DNA of 64,000 bases from Candidatus Moranbacteria bacterium RIFCSPHIGHO2_01_FULL_55_24 (GCA_001786575.1 MFRW01000002.1:1717-65716), one strand, 5' to 3'. Numbered from the stretch's first letter, positions 1 through 9,833 are shown. A program made the numbers and translations. The notes: generated by a model not told the origin, from the sequence alone.

Positions 1-1
1 T

Positions 2-136
<135 letters not shown>

Positions 137-175
137 AAAAGTTTCTTTCAGGATCAAAACAAAAATACAATTTAT

Positions 176-526
176 ATGAAGCGTCTCTCAAGACAATCTG
201 TTCCTGTGCGGCGCGCGCCCAAAAAAGAAGAGCGCGTGATGCTTTCGGGTTCCGTGCAGACGCTGTTTCTCCTGGTCTTGATGGCGCTTTTCATCTCTGG
301 CGGCCTCTATCTTTTCTCGGTCAACCGGAACGCTGTCCAGGGGTATCACCTGCGCAATCTGGAAAACGAAATCGATACGCTGAAGGAAGAGAATGCCGAG
401 CTGCGGATCGCGGAAGCCGATCTGCGTTCGCTCTATCGGATCGAAGCATCGCATGAGGAGCTCCAGATGGAAAAGACGGAATCGCTTAAATATCTCGAGA
501 AGCATGATTCAGTGGCGCTCCGCTAG
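176..526 (+). CDS. ftsL: Cell division protein FtsL-like (septum formation initiator)
   Basis: 116 aa with a basic N-terminus, a single TM helix (LFLLVLMALFISGGLYLF) and a coiled-coil/leucine-zipper-like C-terminus. It lies between rsmH and ftsI. An alternative start at 239 is possible. Confidence 0.55.
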   Translation: MKRLSRQSVPVRRAPKKEERVMLSGSVQTLFLLVLMALFISGGLYLFSVNRNAVQGYHLRNLENEIDTLKEENAELRIAEADLRSLYRIEASHEELQMEKTESLKYLEKHDSVALR

Positions 527-557
527 CGAGAGACAGTACCCGTAATCGAAGCTGCTT

Positions 558-2345
558 ATGCGAAAGTGCCGGAACGGCAAAGAAGCCGCAAACCTGAAAA
601 CCAAATCCGGAAAGAGAAGGGACGGACTGCCACGGGTGACTGTGCTCGGTCTCATCTTCTTCGTAGGAGGGACGCTTATCTTCATGCGTCTTTTTTTTCT
701 GCAGGTCGCATCGCATGACAAGTGGGTCGCGCTTGCCGAAGACCAGCACAATGCGTTCATGGAGCTTTCTGCCGAGCGCGGCGAAGTGTTCATGAAGGAC
801 AGTGACCATGAGTATCCGCTTGCGGTGAACCGGGAATACATGACGCTCTACGTCGTGCCGAAAGATACGGAGGAGAAAGATCGGACGGCTCTCGAGCTGG
901 CGCCGATCGTCGGCGTCGATCCCCAGATCATCCGCGAAAAACTCAATCGTCCTGACGATCCTTTCGAGATCATCAAGAAGCGGCTTTCGGAAGAAGAGGT
1001 AACGAAGATCAAGGCACTCAATCTGAAGGGCGTGAAGTTTCTGCCAGAAAAGTATCGCTACTATCCGGCAGGAGAGCTCGCTTCGCATGTGATCGGATTC
1101 GCTTCTCTCGGCGAGAACGGAGGTACCGGCGGCTATGGTCTCGAGGCATCGCAAGACAAGATCCTGCGGGGAGAGGCGGGGGAGCTCCGCCAGGAGCGCG
1201 ATGCGGCCGGCCGTTGGATCCCGCTTTCGGATCGGGATATCATCACCGCAAAGCATGGCGCCAATATCCATCTGACCCTCGATCGCGTGATCCAGTTCGA
1301 GACAGAGAAGATCATGCACAATGCAGTGGAGAAGTACGCAGCTGATCGGGCGAGCGCGATCGTGATGGACCCGAAAACCGGAAAGATCCTCGCGATGGCG
1401 TCCTCGCCGCAGTTCGATCCGAACAATTACAGCAAAGTCGAGGACTACTCCGTTTTCCTGAATCCGGTTTTGAGTCTCGCGTATGAGCCGGGATCGATCA
1501 TGAAGCCGATCACGATGGCGATCGGTCTGGAAGAGGGGAAAGTATCGCCCAATAGCGAGTACGTAGATACCGGCGTCGTGTCTATCTCCGGGTATAATAT
1601 CCACAATGCGGATGAGAAAGTCTATGGCAGGAGCACGATGACGAAAGTCCTTGATGAGTCGATAAATACCGGCGTCATCCATGTGGAGAAGCTCGTCGGG
1701 AACGCGACCTACCGCGACTACATGAAGCGTTTCGGGTTCGGCGAGAAGACAGGATTGGAATTGCCAGCCGAGCTTCCGGGAAACACGAAGAATCTCGACA
1801 AGACGCGCTCGGATATCCAATTCTATACCGCTTCCTTCGGGCAGGGTGTCACGACGACGCCGCTCCAGATGATTTCCGCCTATGCTGCCATGGCCAATGG
1901 CGGGTCTCTCATGCGGCCCCAGATCATCGAGCGTATCGAATATGCGGATGGCAAAGTGGAGGAGCGAAAGCCGGAGAAGATCCGACAGGTGCTTTCCGAA
2001 CAGACGAGCAAGGATATCGGGCAGATGCTCCGGAGTGTGGTCGTGAACGGGCACGGAAAGCGGGCTGATGTCCCGGGCTATCTCGTCGGCGGCAAGACCG
2101 GCACGGCGCAGGTGGCGAAAGGAAACGCGAAGGGTTATGAGGAGGGCATTTCGATCGGTTCGTTCGTCGGATATGCGCCTATCAATGACCCGCAATTCGT
2201 CGTCCTGGTGAAACTCGACAATCCGAAAAACGTGGAATGGGCGGAATCGAGCGCCGCGCCTGCTTTCGGTGAAATTATGCGTTTTCTTCTGGAATATGCG
2301 AAGATTAAGCCGACAGAAACTCAAGAAAAGGCAACAACGCCGTAA
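558..2345 (+). CDS. ftsI: Peptidoglycan D,D-transpeptidase FtsI / class B penicillin-binding protein
   Basis: 595 aa with an N-terminal TM anchor and a PBP dimerisation region. Transpeptidase motifs SIMK (SxxK), SGYN (SxN) and KTGTA (KTG) are present. Confidence 0.85.
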   Translation: MRKCRNGKEAANLKTKSGKRRDGLPRVTVLGLIFFVGGTLIFMRLFFLQVASHDKWVALAEDQHNAFMELSAERGEVFMKDSDHEYPLAVNREYMTLYVVPKDTEEKDRTALELAPIVGVDPQIIREKLNRPDDPFEIIKKRLSEEEVTKIKALNLKGVKFLPEKYRYYPAGELASHVIGFASLGENGGTGGYGLEASQDKILRGEAGELRQERDAAGRWIPLSDRDIITAKHGANIHLTLDRVIQFETEKIMHNAVEKYAADRASAIVMDPKTGKILAMASSPQFDPNNYSKVEDYSVFLNPVLSLAYEPGSIMKPITMAIGLEEGKVSPNSEYVDTGVVSISGYNIHNADEKVYGRSTMTKVLDESINTGVIHVEKLVGNATYRDYMKRFGFGEKTGLELPAELPGNTKNLDKTRSDIQFYTASFGQGVTTTPLQMISAYAAMANGGSLMRPQIIERIEYADGKVEERKPEKIRQVLSEQTSKDIGQMLRSVVVNGHGKRADVPGYLVGGKTGTAQVAKGNAKGYEEGISIGSFVGYAPINDPQFVVLVKLDNPKNVEWAESSAAPAFGEIMRFLLEYAKIKPTETQEKATTP

Positions 2346-2357
2346 AGACCCTCTTTT

Positions 2358-3683
2358 ATGCATTTTTCCAAACGCACTTTCCTCGAAGTCCTGCTCCGCC
2401 TGATGGCGCGTGCGGTGCTTGCGAAATATCATCCGATCATCGTCGGCGTCACGGGCTCTGTGGGCAAGAGCTCTGCCAAAGAGGCGATCGCGCTTGTTCT
2501 GGCTCATTCGTACCGCGTACGCAAAAGCGAAGGGAATTACAATAATGAGATCGGCATCCCGCTCACGATTCTCGGAGAGAAGAGCGGCGGCCGTTCGCTC
2601 ATCCGCTGGGCGCTCATCCTCTTCCGTTTTATCGGGACATTGGTCCTGCCGCGGCGCTACCCGGAAGTCCTGGTCCTCGAGATGGGCATCGACCATCCGG
2701 GAGATATGGATTACCTCCTTTCTTTCGTCCCGGTGAACATCGGGGTGGCCACGCATATATCGGGAAGCCACATGGCGTACTTCGGATCCATCGCGAATAT
2801 CGCGCGGGAGAAGGGCCGGCTGATCGCCAAGCTTCCCGAAGACGGGTTCGCGATCCTGAATGCCGATGACAAGCGCATCCTGAAGATGGCGGAGCGCACG
2901 CGCGCGAAAATCATCACGTACGGGTTCAGCGAGGGAGCGGATCTGCGAGCCGATAACCTTCTCTTTTACGGAGATGCGCGCCGCGCCGACGGATACAGCC
3001 TGAAACTGAACCATTCGGGGAAGACGATCCCGCTGCGTCTGCCTTCCATCATCGCGCGCCATCATATCCCGGCTGCACTGGCTGGCGCGGCAGTCGGCAT
3101 CGCGCTCAAGATGAATCTCGTCGAGATCGCTTCCGCGCTCGAGAACTTCGAACCGCTTCCGGGACGCCTCTCGCTCTTCCCGGGTCGGAACGACACGGTC
3201 CTGCTCGACGATACGTATAATGCTTCTCCGGCTTCGACGCGCGCCGCTCTCCAGGTACTCCAAGAGATGAGCGCCCCGCGCAAGCTGGCGGTGCTCGGCG
3301 ATATGCTTGAACTGGGGCCGGATTCCGATAACGAACATGCTGCTCTCGCTCCGGATATCATGCATGCCGGAGTACATATGCTCGTGCTTGTCGGGAAGCA
3401 TATGCGCGCTCTTCATGATGCGCTTCTCGAAGAAGGTTTCGCGAGGAAGCAGCTTCTGTGGCTCCCTGATCCGTATGCCGCGATAGAAGCGATGCAGCAG
3501 ATCATCCGGCCCGGCGATCTCATCCTCATCAAGGGATCCCAAGGCCTTCGCATGGAATTCATCGTGGAGCAGCTTCTCCGCGAGCCCGGCATAGCGCCGG
3601 AACGGCTCTGCCGCCAGTCCGCGGCCTGGAAGAACAAGCGCTTCGCGCCGCCGGAGGAGTGGACGGAGGAACTGAAGATCTAA
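2358..3683 (+). CDS. murF: Mur ligase family protein, MurF-like, lacking the usual N-terminal domain
   Basis: 441 aa. The P-loop GVTGSVGKSSAKE sits at residue ~30, whereas MurF normally has it near residue 110. Mur ligase middle and C-terminal domain features are present. The gene lies directly downstream of ftsI. Confidence 0.65.
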   Translation: MHFSKRTFLEVLLRLMARAVLAKYHPIIVGVTGSVGKSSAKEAIALVLAHSYRVRKSEGNYNNEIGIPLTILGEKSGGRSLIRWALILFRFIGTLVLPRRYPEVLVLEMGIDHPGDMDYLLSFVPVNIGVATHISGSHMAYFGSIANIAREKGRLIAKLPEDGFAILNADDKRILKMAERTRAKIITYGFSEGADLRADNLLFYGDARRADGYSLKLNHSGKTIPLRLPSIIARHHIPAALAGAAVGIALKMNLVEIASALENFEPLPGRLSLFPGRNDTVLLDDTYNASPASTRAALQVLQEMSAPRKLAVLGDMLELGPDSDNEHAALAPDIMHAGVHMLVLVGKHMRALHDALLEEGFARKQLLWLPDPYAAIEAMQQIIRPGDLILIKGSQGLRMEFIVEQLLREPGIAPERLCRQSAAWKNKRFAPPEEWTEELKI

Positions 3684-3729
3684 CCGGGAAAGATTCCTCT
3701 TGAAAGTTTTTTTGAGCGAGCAGAATATC

Positions 3730-3758
3730 TTGCACGCCTCCTAGAATCAGAGTATTAT
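3730..3758 (+). promoter_or_regulatory. Sigma70-like promoter (TTGCAC-N17-TATTAT) upstream of the KH-domain gene
   Basis: -35 TTGCAC at 3730-3735, a 17-nt spacer and -10 TATTAT at 3753-3758, about 65 nt upstream of the ATG at 3823. Confidence 0.35.
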
Positions 3759-3822
3759 GGAAGCGTGAAGAGAGCGCCCGAGGCCCTTTTCCGTAAATCA
3801 GATAATCCGTACTACAAGTCGT

Positions 3823-4191
3823 ATGACTGACAGCGTAAACAGCGTAAAGGACAGGGAGTTTATCGAGTACGTTGTGAAGATGCTCGTAGACAACCCCGAA
3901 GATGTGAAGGTGGAACGCAAGATCGATGAGATGGGAGTACTTATTACTCTGGACGTAAATCCGAAAGACATGGGCATGGTCATCGGCCGTGAAGGCATGA
4001 CCGCCAAGGCGCTCCGCACGCTTCTCCGCGTGATCGGCGCCCGAAACAACGCCCGCGTCAACCTGAAAATCAATGAACCGGAAGGCAGCGAGCGCCCGCC
4101 GCGAGAGCCGCGTGAAACGCATACGCAGACGGAATCCCAGCCGGCAGAAAAGCGCAGTCTCGATGATGTCATGAACGATATTCAGATCTGA
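3823..4191 (+). CDS. KH-domain RNA-binding protein (UPF0109/KhpA-like)
   Basis: 122 aa. The GxxG-type KH motif VIGREGMTAKALRTLL is typical of the YlqC/KhpA family. The C-terminal tail is acidic/basic. Confidence 0.7.
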   Translation: MTDSVNSVKDREFIEYVVKMLVDNPEDVKVERKIDEMGVLITLDVNPKDMGMVIGREGMTAKALRTLLRVIGARNNARVNLKINEPEGSERPPREPRETHTQTESQPAEKRSLDDVMNDIQI

Positions 4192-4210
4192 AGCCTTCGC
4201 TTCCGATAAG

Positions 4211-4233
4211 CCGCTTCTCCGGAGGCGGTTTTT
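4211..4233 (+). terminator. Rho-independent terminator after the KH-domain gene
   Basis: A CCGCTTC/GGAGGCGG stem-loop followed by TTTTT. Confidence 0.35.
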
Positions 4234-4288
4234 GCTTCCGTACAGGCGAGAATGTATATATACTGTGAGAGTAAAGAACATCTGCGAT

Positions 4289-4843
4289 ATGCAAGTGAAA
4301 AAGACGGACATAGATGGATTGCTCATCATCGAGCCGGATGTCTTCGAGGATGACCGCGGCTTTTTCTTGGAGAGCTACAATGCTTCGCGGTATCGGGAAG
4401 CCGGTATCGGAGCGGTCTTCGTCCAAGATAATCTTTCCCAGTCCAAAAAAGGCGTGCTGCGAGGACTGCATTACCAGGCCCCGCCTTTCAGCCAGGGGAA
4501 GCTTATCCAGGTGCTCCGGGGAAGCGTCCTGGATGTGGCGGTCGATATCCGTTTCGGCGCGCCGACTTTCGGCAAGCATGTAGCCGTGGAGCTTTCGGCG
4601 GAGAACAAGAAACAGCTCTGGATTCCGGAAGGCTTCGCGCACGGCTTCCTGACGCTCGAGGACGATACGCTTTTCTCTTACAAGTGTACGAATACCTATT
4701 CCAAGGAGCATGACCGCGGCGTACGCTGGAACGACCCGAGTCTGGCTATCGAGTGGGGAGTCGAGAATCCGTCAGTGTCGGAGAAGGATGCGGTGCAGCC
4801 GCTCTTCTCGGATATCCCGGAAGAATTTACGTATAACGCATAA
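4289..4843 (+). CDS. rmlC: dTDP-4-dehydrorhamnose 3,5-epimerase
   Basis: MQVKKTDIDGLLIIEPDVFEDDRGFFLESYN... has the canonical RmlC N-terminus and cupin core. The ORF-track start at 4232 is probably an upstream in-frame extension. Confidence 0.85.
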   Translation: MQVKKTDIDGLLIIEPDVFEDDRGFFLESYNASRYREAGIGAVFVQDNLSQSKKGVLRGLHYQAPPFSQGKLIQVLRGSVLDVAVDIRFGAPTFGKHVAVELSAENKKQLWIPEGFAHGFLTLEDDTLFSYKCTNTYSKEHDRGVRWNDPSLAIEWGVENPSVSEKDAVQPLFSDIPEEFTYNA

Positions 4844-4846
4844 GCT

Positions 4847-5851
4847 ATGAAACTCTTAGTCACCGGAGGCGCAGGTTTTATCGGTTCGAATTTCATCCTC
4901 CATATCCTGAAGACCTATCCGGAATATCAGGTAACCAATCTGGATCTCCTGACCTACGCGGGGAACCTGGAAAATCTCGCGTCTCTGGAAAACGACAGCC
5001 GGTATCGGTTCGTCAAAGGCGACATCGCCGACCGCGACCTGGTAGACGGACTGGTCGCTTCGTGCGATGCGGTCGTCCACTTCGCAGCGGAATCGCATGT
5101 GGACCGCTCGATCATGAACCCGAATATTTTCGTAGAAACCAATGTCTTGGGCACCCAGGTTCTTCTGGACGCGGCCAAGAAGCACGGGAAGCGCTTCCAT
5201 CATATCTCGACTGACGAAGTATTCGGCTCGCTCGGTCCGGACGACCGGGCTTTCTCGGAGAGTACGCCGTATGATCCGCGCAGCCCCTATAGCGCTTCGA
5301 AGGCCGGAGCAGATCATCTGGTAAGAGCGTATTTCCATACGTACGGTCTTCCGGTAACGATTTCCAACTGTTCCAACAACTACGGACCATACCATTTTCC
5401 CGAGAAACTCATCCCGCTCGTCATCACCAACCTCCTGGAAGGAAAGACCGCGCCGGTCTACGGAGATGGCCGACAGGTGCGCGATTGGCTCCATGTCGAG
5501 GATCATTGCCGGGCGATCGACCGCATCCTCCATGATGGCCGCCTGGGCGAAACATACTGCATCGGCGGCGACGGCGAACGCGAGAATATCTGGATCGTGA
5601 AAAAGATCATCGAGATCCTCGGGGAGGGAGAGGACGTCATAGAGTATGTGGAGGATCGTCCGGGACATGACCGCCGCTACGCGATCGACCACAAGAAAAT
5701 CACCGAAGAGCTCGGCTGGCAGCCGCAAGTCAGACTGGAATCCGGCCTGGAAGCCACGGTCCGCTGGTACCAGGAAAACCAAGACTGGTGGAAACGGGTC
5801 AAGAGCGGAGCGTACCAGGAGTACTACGAAAAACAGTATCAGAAGCGCTAA
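4847..5851 (+). CDS. rmlB: dTDP-glucose 4,6-dehydratase
   Basis: The N-terminus [16 protein letters not shown] carries the TGGAGFIG Rossmann motif. YxxxK of the SDR family is present (YSASK). Length is 334 aa. Confidence 0.9.
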   Translation: MKLLVTGGAGFIGSNFILHILKTYPEYQVTNLDLLTYAGNLENLASLENDSRYRFVKGDIADRDLVDGLVASCDAVVHFAAESHVDRSIMNPNIFVETNVLGTQVLLDAAKKHGKRFHHISTDEVFGSLGPDDRAFSESTPYDPRSPYSASKAGADHLVRAYFHTYGLPVTISNCSNNYGPYHFPEKLIPLVITNLLEGKTAPVYGDGRQVRDWLHVEDHCRAIDRILHDGRLGETYCIGGDGERENIWIVKKIIEILGEGEDVIEYVEDRPGHDRRYAIDHKKITEELGWQPQVRLESGLEATVRWYQENQDWWKRVKSGAYQEYYEKQYQKR

Positions 5852-5886
5852 AATCCCTTTTTTGAAGGGTTTTCGGATATGCTATA

Positions 5887-5920
5887 CTACAGGAAACAGT
5901 AATCGTTTCCTGTAGTTTTT
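5887..5920 (+). terminator. Strong hairpin plus U-tract (rmlB terminator or attenuator) abutting the rmlD start
   Basis: An 11-bp stem CTACAGGAAAC/GTTTCCTGTAG with a 7-nt loop, followed by TTTTT. The rmlD ATG lies 3 nt downstream and no SD can be seen. Confidence 0.5.
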
Positions 5921-5922
5921 GT

Positions 5923-6849
5923 ATGGCAAAAAAAGTCGTCATTCTCGGAAATCTGGGCATGCTTGGACAGGAATTGCAACGTATTTTTTCAGCTGATGCC
6001 GGATATGCCGTTTCCGCTTGGGACAAGGGCGATGTCGATATCACGGATTTCGAGGCGCTCGGCAGGAGATTGGGAGAGGAGCACCCGGATATCGTCATAA
6101 ACGCCGCCGCGTACAATGCCGTCGATAAATGCGAAGAGAGCGAGGAAGCATTCCAGACCGCGCTCCGGCTGAACCGCGATGTCCCGCAGTTCCTGGCGAA
6201 AAAAAGCAGCGAGCAAGGATTCGTCCTGGTCCATTATTCGACCGACTACGTTTTTGACGGGACCCTGGAGAAACCGGAGAAGATGGGCGGCGGATGCCAA
6301 GGCGCCTGCTGCGGAGGCAATTGCCATGGGACTCCGGAGGGCTACGACGAGGATTCGATGCCGAATCCGCTCTCGCGCTATGCGGAAAGCAAGCTTGCCG
6401 GGGAACAGGAAGTCGAAGAGCATGCGAAGGAATATTATCTGATCCGCCTCTCGAAACTTTTCGGGAAGCCGGCCGCCTCCCCGGAAGCCAAGCGGAGTTT
6501 TTTCGATACCATGCTCGAAGCCGGCCGGACGAAATCGGAAGTCCAAGCGGTGGATGGGGAGAAGAGCTGCTTCACCTATGCGCCGGATCTTGCGGCCGCA
6601 ACCAAAGAGGTCATCGAATCCGGAAGCCCGTATGGAATCTATCATCTCCCGAATGAGGGAGCAGTTACTTGGTACGAAGCGATACTGGAGCTCTATCGGC
6701 AGGCGGGACTGGGAACGAAAGTGATCCCGGTCGCACCGGACGCTTTTCCGCGTCCTGCCAGACGCCCGGCCTTTTCGGTTCTTCTCAATACCAAGCGTCC
6801 GCCGCTCCGGCGTTATGAAGCGGCGCTTGCCGAGTATCTTTCCGAATAA
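5923..6849 (+). CDS. rmlD: dTDP-4-dehydrorhamnose reductase carrying a Cys-rich insertion
   Basis: RmlD family (MAKKVVILGNLGMLGQEL..., YSTDYVFDG, YxxxK). A roughly 22-aa insert (GGGCQGACCGGNCHG) not present in canonical RmlD sits after the YVFDG motif. Confidence 0.85.
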   Translation: MAKKVVILGNLGMLGQELQRIFSADAGYAVSAWDKGDVDITDFEALGRRLGEEHPDIVINAAAYNAVDKCEESEEAFQTALRLNRDVPQFLAKKSSEQGFVLVHYSTDYVFDGTLEKPEKMGGGCQGACCGGNCHGTPEGYDEDSMPNPLSRYAESKLAGEQEVEEHAKEYYLIRLSKLFGKPAASPEAKRSFFDTMLEAGRTKSEVQAVDGEKSCFTYAPDLAAATKEVIESGSPYGIYHLPNEGAVTWYEAILELYRQAGLGTKVIPVAPDAFPRPARRPAFSVLLNTKRPPLRRYEAALAEYLSE

Positions 6850-6862
6850 GAGAAATAAACCT

Positions 6863-8104
6863 ATGCCATCGAATCGGCTCAAGAAACAGGATAAGGCGGT
6901 ATACGCGGCGCTCCAAGGCGAAGAAAAGCGCCAGCGGATCGGCTTGGAAATGATCGCTTCGGAGAATTACGTGTCCCAAGCGGTGCTTGAAGCTCTCGGC
7001 ACGGTCTTCACGAACAAGTATTCCGAAGGCTATCCGGGCAAGCGGTATTACGGTGGGCAGGAATATACGGATGTTATCGAAACGCTCTCGATCGAACGAG
7101 CCAAGAAGCTTTTCGGCGCAGAGCATGCCAATGTCCAGCCGCTCTCCGGAGCCATGGCGAATATCGCGGCGTATGCCGCGCTGCTCGAGCCCGGAGATAC
7201 GATCCTCGGCATGGATCTCTCGCATGGAGGACATCTGACTCATGGCCACCCGGTGACATTCATGTCGAAAGTCTTCCGCTTCGTCCGCTACAAGACCGAA
7301 GCCGACGGCACGATCGACTACCGGAAACTGGAAGCGCTCGCCATGAAGGAAAAACCGAAGCTCCTTTTGGCCGGGTTCTCTTCCTATACCCGCCAGCTGG
7401 ATTACGAGAAGTTTGCGAAAATCGGCAAGAAAGTCGGCGCGATCACGATGATGGACATGGCGCATATCGCCGGCCTCGTCGCAGCGAAAGCGCTTCCTTC
7501 GCCTGTACCGCATTTCGACGTCGTGACGCTCACGACGCACAAGTCGCTCCGCGGCCCGCGCGGCGGCATGATCCTCTGTCGCAAGCCCTTCGCGGCTGCG
7601 ATCGACAAAGCGGTTTTTCCCGGTATCCAGGGCGGCCCGCATATGAACATCATCGCAGCGAAAGCGGTGGCTTTCGGCGAAGCGCTCCGGCCGGAATTCA
7701 GGCGCTACGGGAAGCAAGTCCTGAAGAATGCCAAGGCTCTGGAGAAATTTTTCCGAGCGAAGAAGGCTCTCGTCCTCTTCGGCGGCACGGAGAACCATAT
7801 GCTCATGCTCGATACGGTCGCAAGCTACGGCCTGTCCGGAAAGGAAGCGGAAGCGCGTCTCGATGCCGTCGGCATCACCGTGAACAAGAACATGATCCCG
7901 GATGACCCGCGCGGCCCTATGGATCCTTCGGGAATCCGAGTGGGTGTCCCGGCGCTCACGACCCGCGGCATGAAAGAAGCCGAGGTGAAGAAAATCGCCG
8001 AGATCATGCAAGCGGCGCTTGCAGGAGCCGGATCAAAGCAGGAGCTTCTGAAGCTTCAGAAGGAAGTGGCCAGGCTCTGTAAAAAATTTCCTATCAATCA
8101 TTAA
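6863..8104 (+). CDS. glyA: Serine hydroxymethyltransferase
   Basis: MPSNRLKKQDKAVYAALQGEEKRQRIGLEMIASENYVSQAVLEA... matches the SHMT N-terminus, and the PLP-lysine region TTHKSLRGPRGG is present. The start is trimmed from the ORF-track 6815 to the ATG at 6863. Confidence 0.9.
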   Translation: MPSNRLKKQDKAVYAALQGEEKRQRIGLEMIASENYVSQAVLEALGTVFTNKYSEGYPGKRYYGGQEYTDVIETLSIERAKKLFGAEHANVQPLSGAMANIAAYAALLEPGDTILGMDLSHGGHLTHGHPVTFMSKVFRFVRYKTEADGTIDYRKLEALAMKEKPKLLLAGFSSYTRQLDYEKFAKIGKKVGAITMMDMAHIAGLVAAKALPSPVPHFDVVTLTTHKSLRGPRGGMILCRKPFAAAIDKAVFPGIQGGPHMNIIAAKAVAFGEALRPEFRRYGKQVLKNAKALEKFFRAKKALVLFGGTENHMLMLDTVASYGLSGKEAEARLDAVGITVNKNMIPDDPRGPMDPSGIRVGVPALTTRGMKEAEVKKIAEIMQAALAGAGSKQELLKLQKEVARLCKKFPINH

Positions 8105-8113
8105 CGCTACCGT

Positions 8114-8905
8114 ATGAAAGGCATCATCCTCGCCGGAGGAACAGGCACCCGGCTCTTGCCGCTCACAGCGATCACCTCGAAACAGCTTCTGCCCGTCTAT
8201 GACCGCCCGATGATCTTCTATCCTCTGAATACGCTCATCAGCGCCGGCATCAAGGATATCCTCATCATCGTCGCCCCGAACCATTCCGGGAATTATCTCA
8301 ACCTGCTCGGTTCCATGTTCCGGAAGTTCGGCGTGAATATCTCTTTCATCGTCCAGAAAGAGCCGCGCGGCCTGGCCGAAGCGTACCTTCTCGCGGAAGA
8401 TTTTCTCGATGACCAGCCGAGCACTCTCGTCTTGGGGGACAACGTTTTCGAAGACGATTTTACGGAAGCGATCCAAAGCTTCCAGGGAGGGGGGCGCGTC
8501 TTCGCCAAAGAAGTCCCCGACCCGGAACGTTTCGGAGTAGTGGAATTCGATGCGGACCAGAAGGTGCTTTCCATAGAGGAGAAGCCGGTTGCACCGAAAA
8601 GCCATTTCGCCATACCGGGCATCTACATTTTCGACGCCGAAGCGGTCGCAGTGGCGAAGAAGCTCGCACCTTCGGAACGAGGCGAACTGGAAATCACCGA
8701 TCTCCAGCGGCATTATCTGAAACAGGGAAACTTGGATGTACGTATGGTTTCGGGAGCGTGGTTCGATACCGGAACGCATGAAGCGCTCTTCGAAGCGGGG
8801 GCGTATGCAAAAGAGAAGAAATTGGGCGAACGTTTCCATCCGATGATCAATGAAGCCATCGCCATCTTCAACCAGGAGTTCAAGAAATCAGTCTCGCTTA
8901 AATAA
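8114..8905 (+). CDS. rmlA: Glucose-1-phosphate thymidylyltransferase
   Basis: MKGIILAGGTGTRLLPLT...ERGELEITD is the classic RmlA signature. Confidence 0.9.
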   Translation: MKGIILAGGTGTRLLPLTAITSKQLLPVYDRPMIFYPLNTLISAGIKDILIIVAPNHSGNYLNLLGSMFRKFGVNISFIVQKEPRGLAEAYLLAEDFLDDQPSTLVLGDNVFEDDFTEAIQSFQGGGRVFAKEVPDPERFGVVEFDADQKVLSIEEKPVAPKSHFAIPGIYIFDAEAVAVAKKLAPSERGELEITDLQRHYLKQGNLDVRMVSGAWFDTGTHEALFEAGAYAKEKKLGERFHPMINEAIAIFNQEFKKSVSLK

Positions 8906-8923
8906 AAGATAATCGCCAAAGAT

Positions 8924-9805
8924 ATGCAAGGAGCACGCAAGATCAAGAAAGCCATCCTTCCGGTCGCCGGGTTCGGAACCCGCTTCCTGCCGGCCACCAA
9001 GGCCCAACCGAAAGAGATGCTGCCGGTCGTCGATAAGCCGGTGGTGCAATACCTCGTGGAAGAGGCTGTCGCTTCGGGAATCGAGGAAATCATTTTCGTG
9101 ACCGGACGCGGCAAGCGGGCGATCGAAGATCACTTCGATGTCTCCTACGAACTCGAGGACACGCTGGTCGAGAAGAACAGGCATGACCTCTTGGAAACGG
9201 TGCAGAAGATTTCCGGCCTGGCCAAGTTTTCCTATGTGCGCCAGCCGATTCCGATGGGCGACGGCCATGCACTCCTTCAGGCGGCCCACTTGGTGGATGA
9301 TGACGAATCCGTCCTGGTAATCTTCGGCGACTGTATCTACGATAGCGAAGTGCCTGCAGCCAAGCAGCTGATCGACGCCTACGAGCAGTTCCGAACCCCG
9401 ATCATAGGCCTTACCGAAGTAGAGCGGCAGGAAGTATCCAAATTCGGCGTCATCGCAGGAGAGAAAGCAGACGATCTCCATTGGAAGATATCCGGCTTTG
9501 TCGAGAAACCGAAACCCGAAGATGCTCCGAGCACGATCGTCGCTCCGGGCAAATACATCATCACCCGCGAAGTCTTCGAGACGCTCGCTACCATGAGTCA
9601 CGGGAAGTCAGGAGAGATCCGTTTGGCGGACGCTTTCGAAATCATGCTCAAGCAAGGGAAGCCGCTCTACGGGCGCATGCTCACGGGAGAATGGCTCGAT
9701 ACCGGGGACAAGTTCAACTTCCTGCGCGCGACTATCCACTACGGTCTCAAGCATCCGGAAGTGGGAGCGAAACTCAAGGAATATCTGAAGAACCTTCCCT
9801 TGTAG
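8924..9805 (+). CDS. galU: UTP--glucose-1-phosphate uridylyltransferase
   Basis: KAILPVAGFGTRFLPATKAQPKEMLPVVDKPVVQY is the GalU signature. Length is 293 aa. Confidence 0.85.
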   Translation: MQGARKIKKAILPVAGFGTRFLPATKAQPKEMLPVVDKPVVQYLVEEAVASGIEEIIFVTGRGKRAIEDHFDVSYELEDTLVEKNRHDLLETVQKISGLAKFSYVRQPIPMGDGHALLQAAHLVDDDESVLVIFGDCIYDSEVPAAKQLIDAYEQFRTPIIGLTEVERQEVSKFGVIAGEKADDLHWKISGFVEKPKPEDAPSTIVAPGKYIITREVFETLATMSHGKSGEIRLADAFEIMLKQGKPLYGRMLTGEWLDTGDKFNFLRATIHYGLKHPEVGAKLKEYLKNLPL

Positions 9806-9833
9806 CGTGATCCTTCCCTCATAACCAAGAACT

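Noticed and set aside
486-3542. 1018-aa ORF on the minus strand spanning ftsI and murF
   Set aside because: It is antisense to two well-supported + strand genes. Its Arg/Asp/Glu/His-rich low-complexity translation is typical of stop-free antisense frames in roughly 60% GC DNA, and it has no recognisable motifs.
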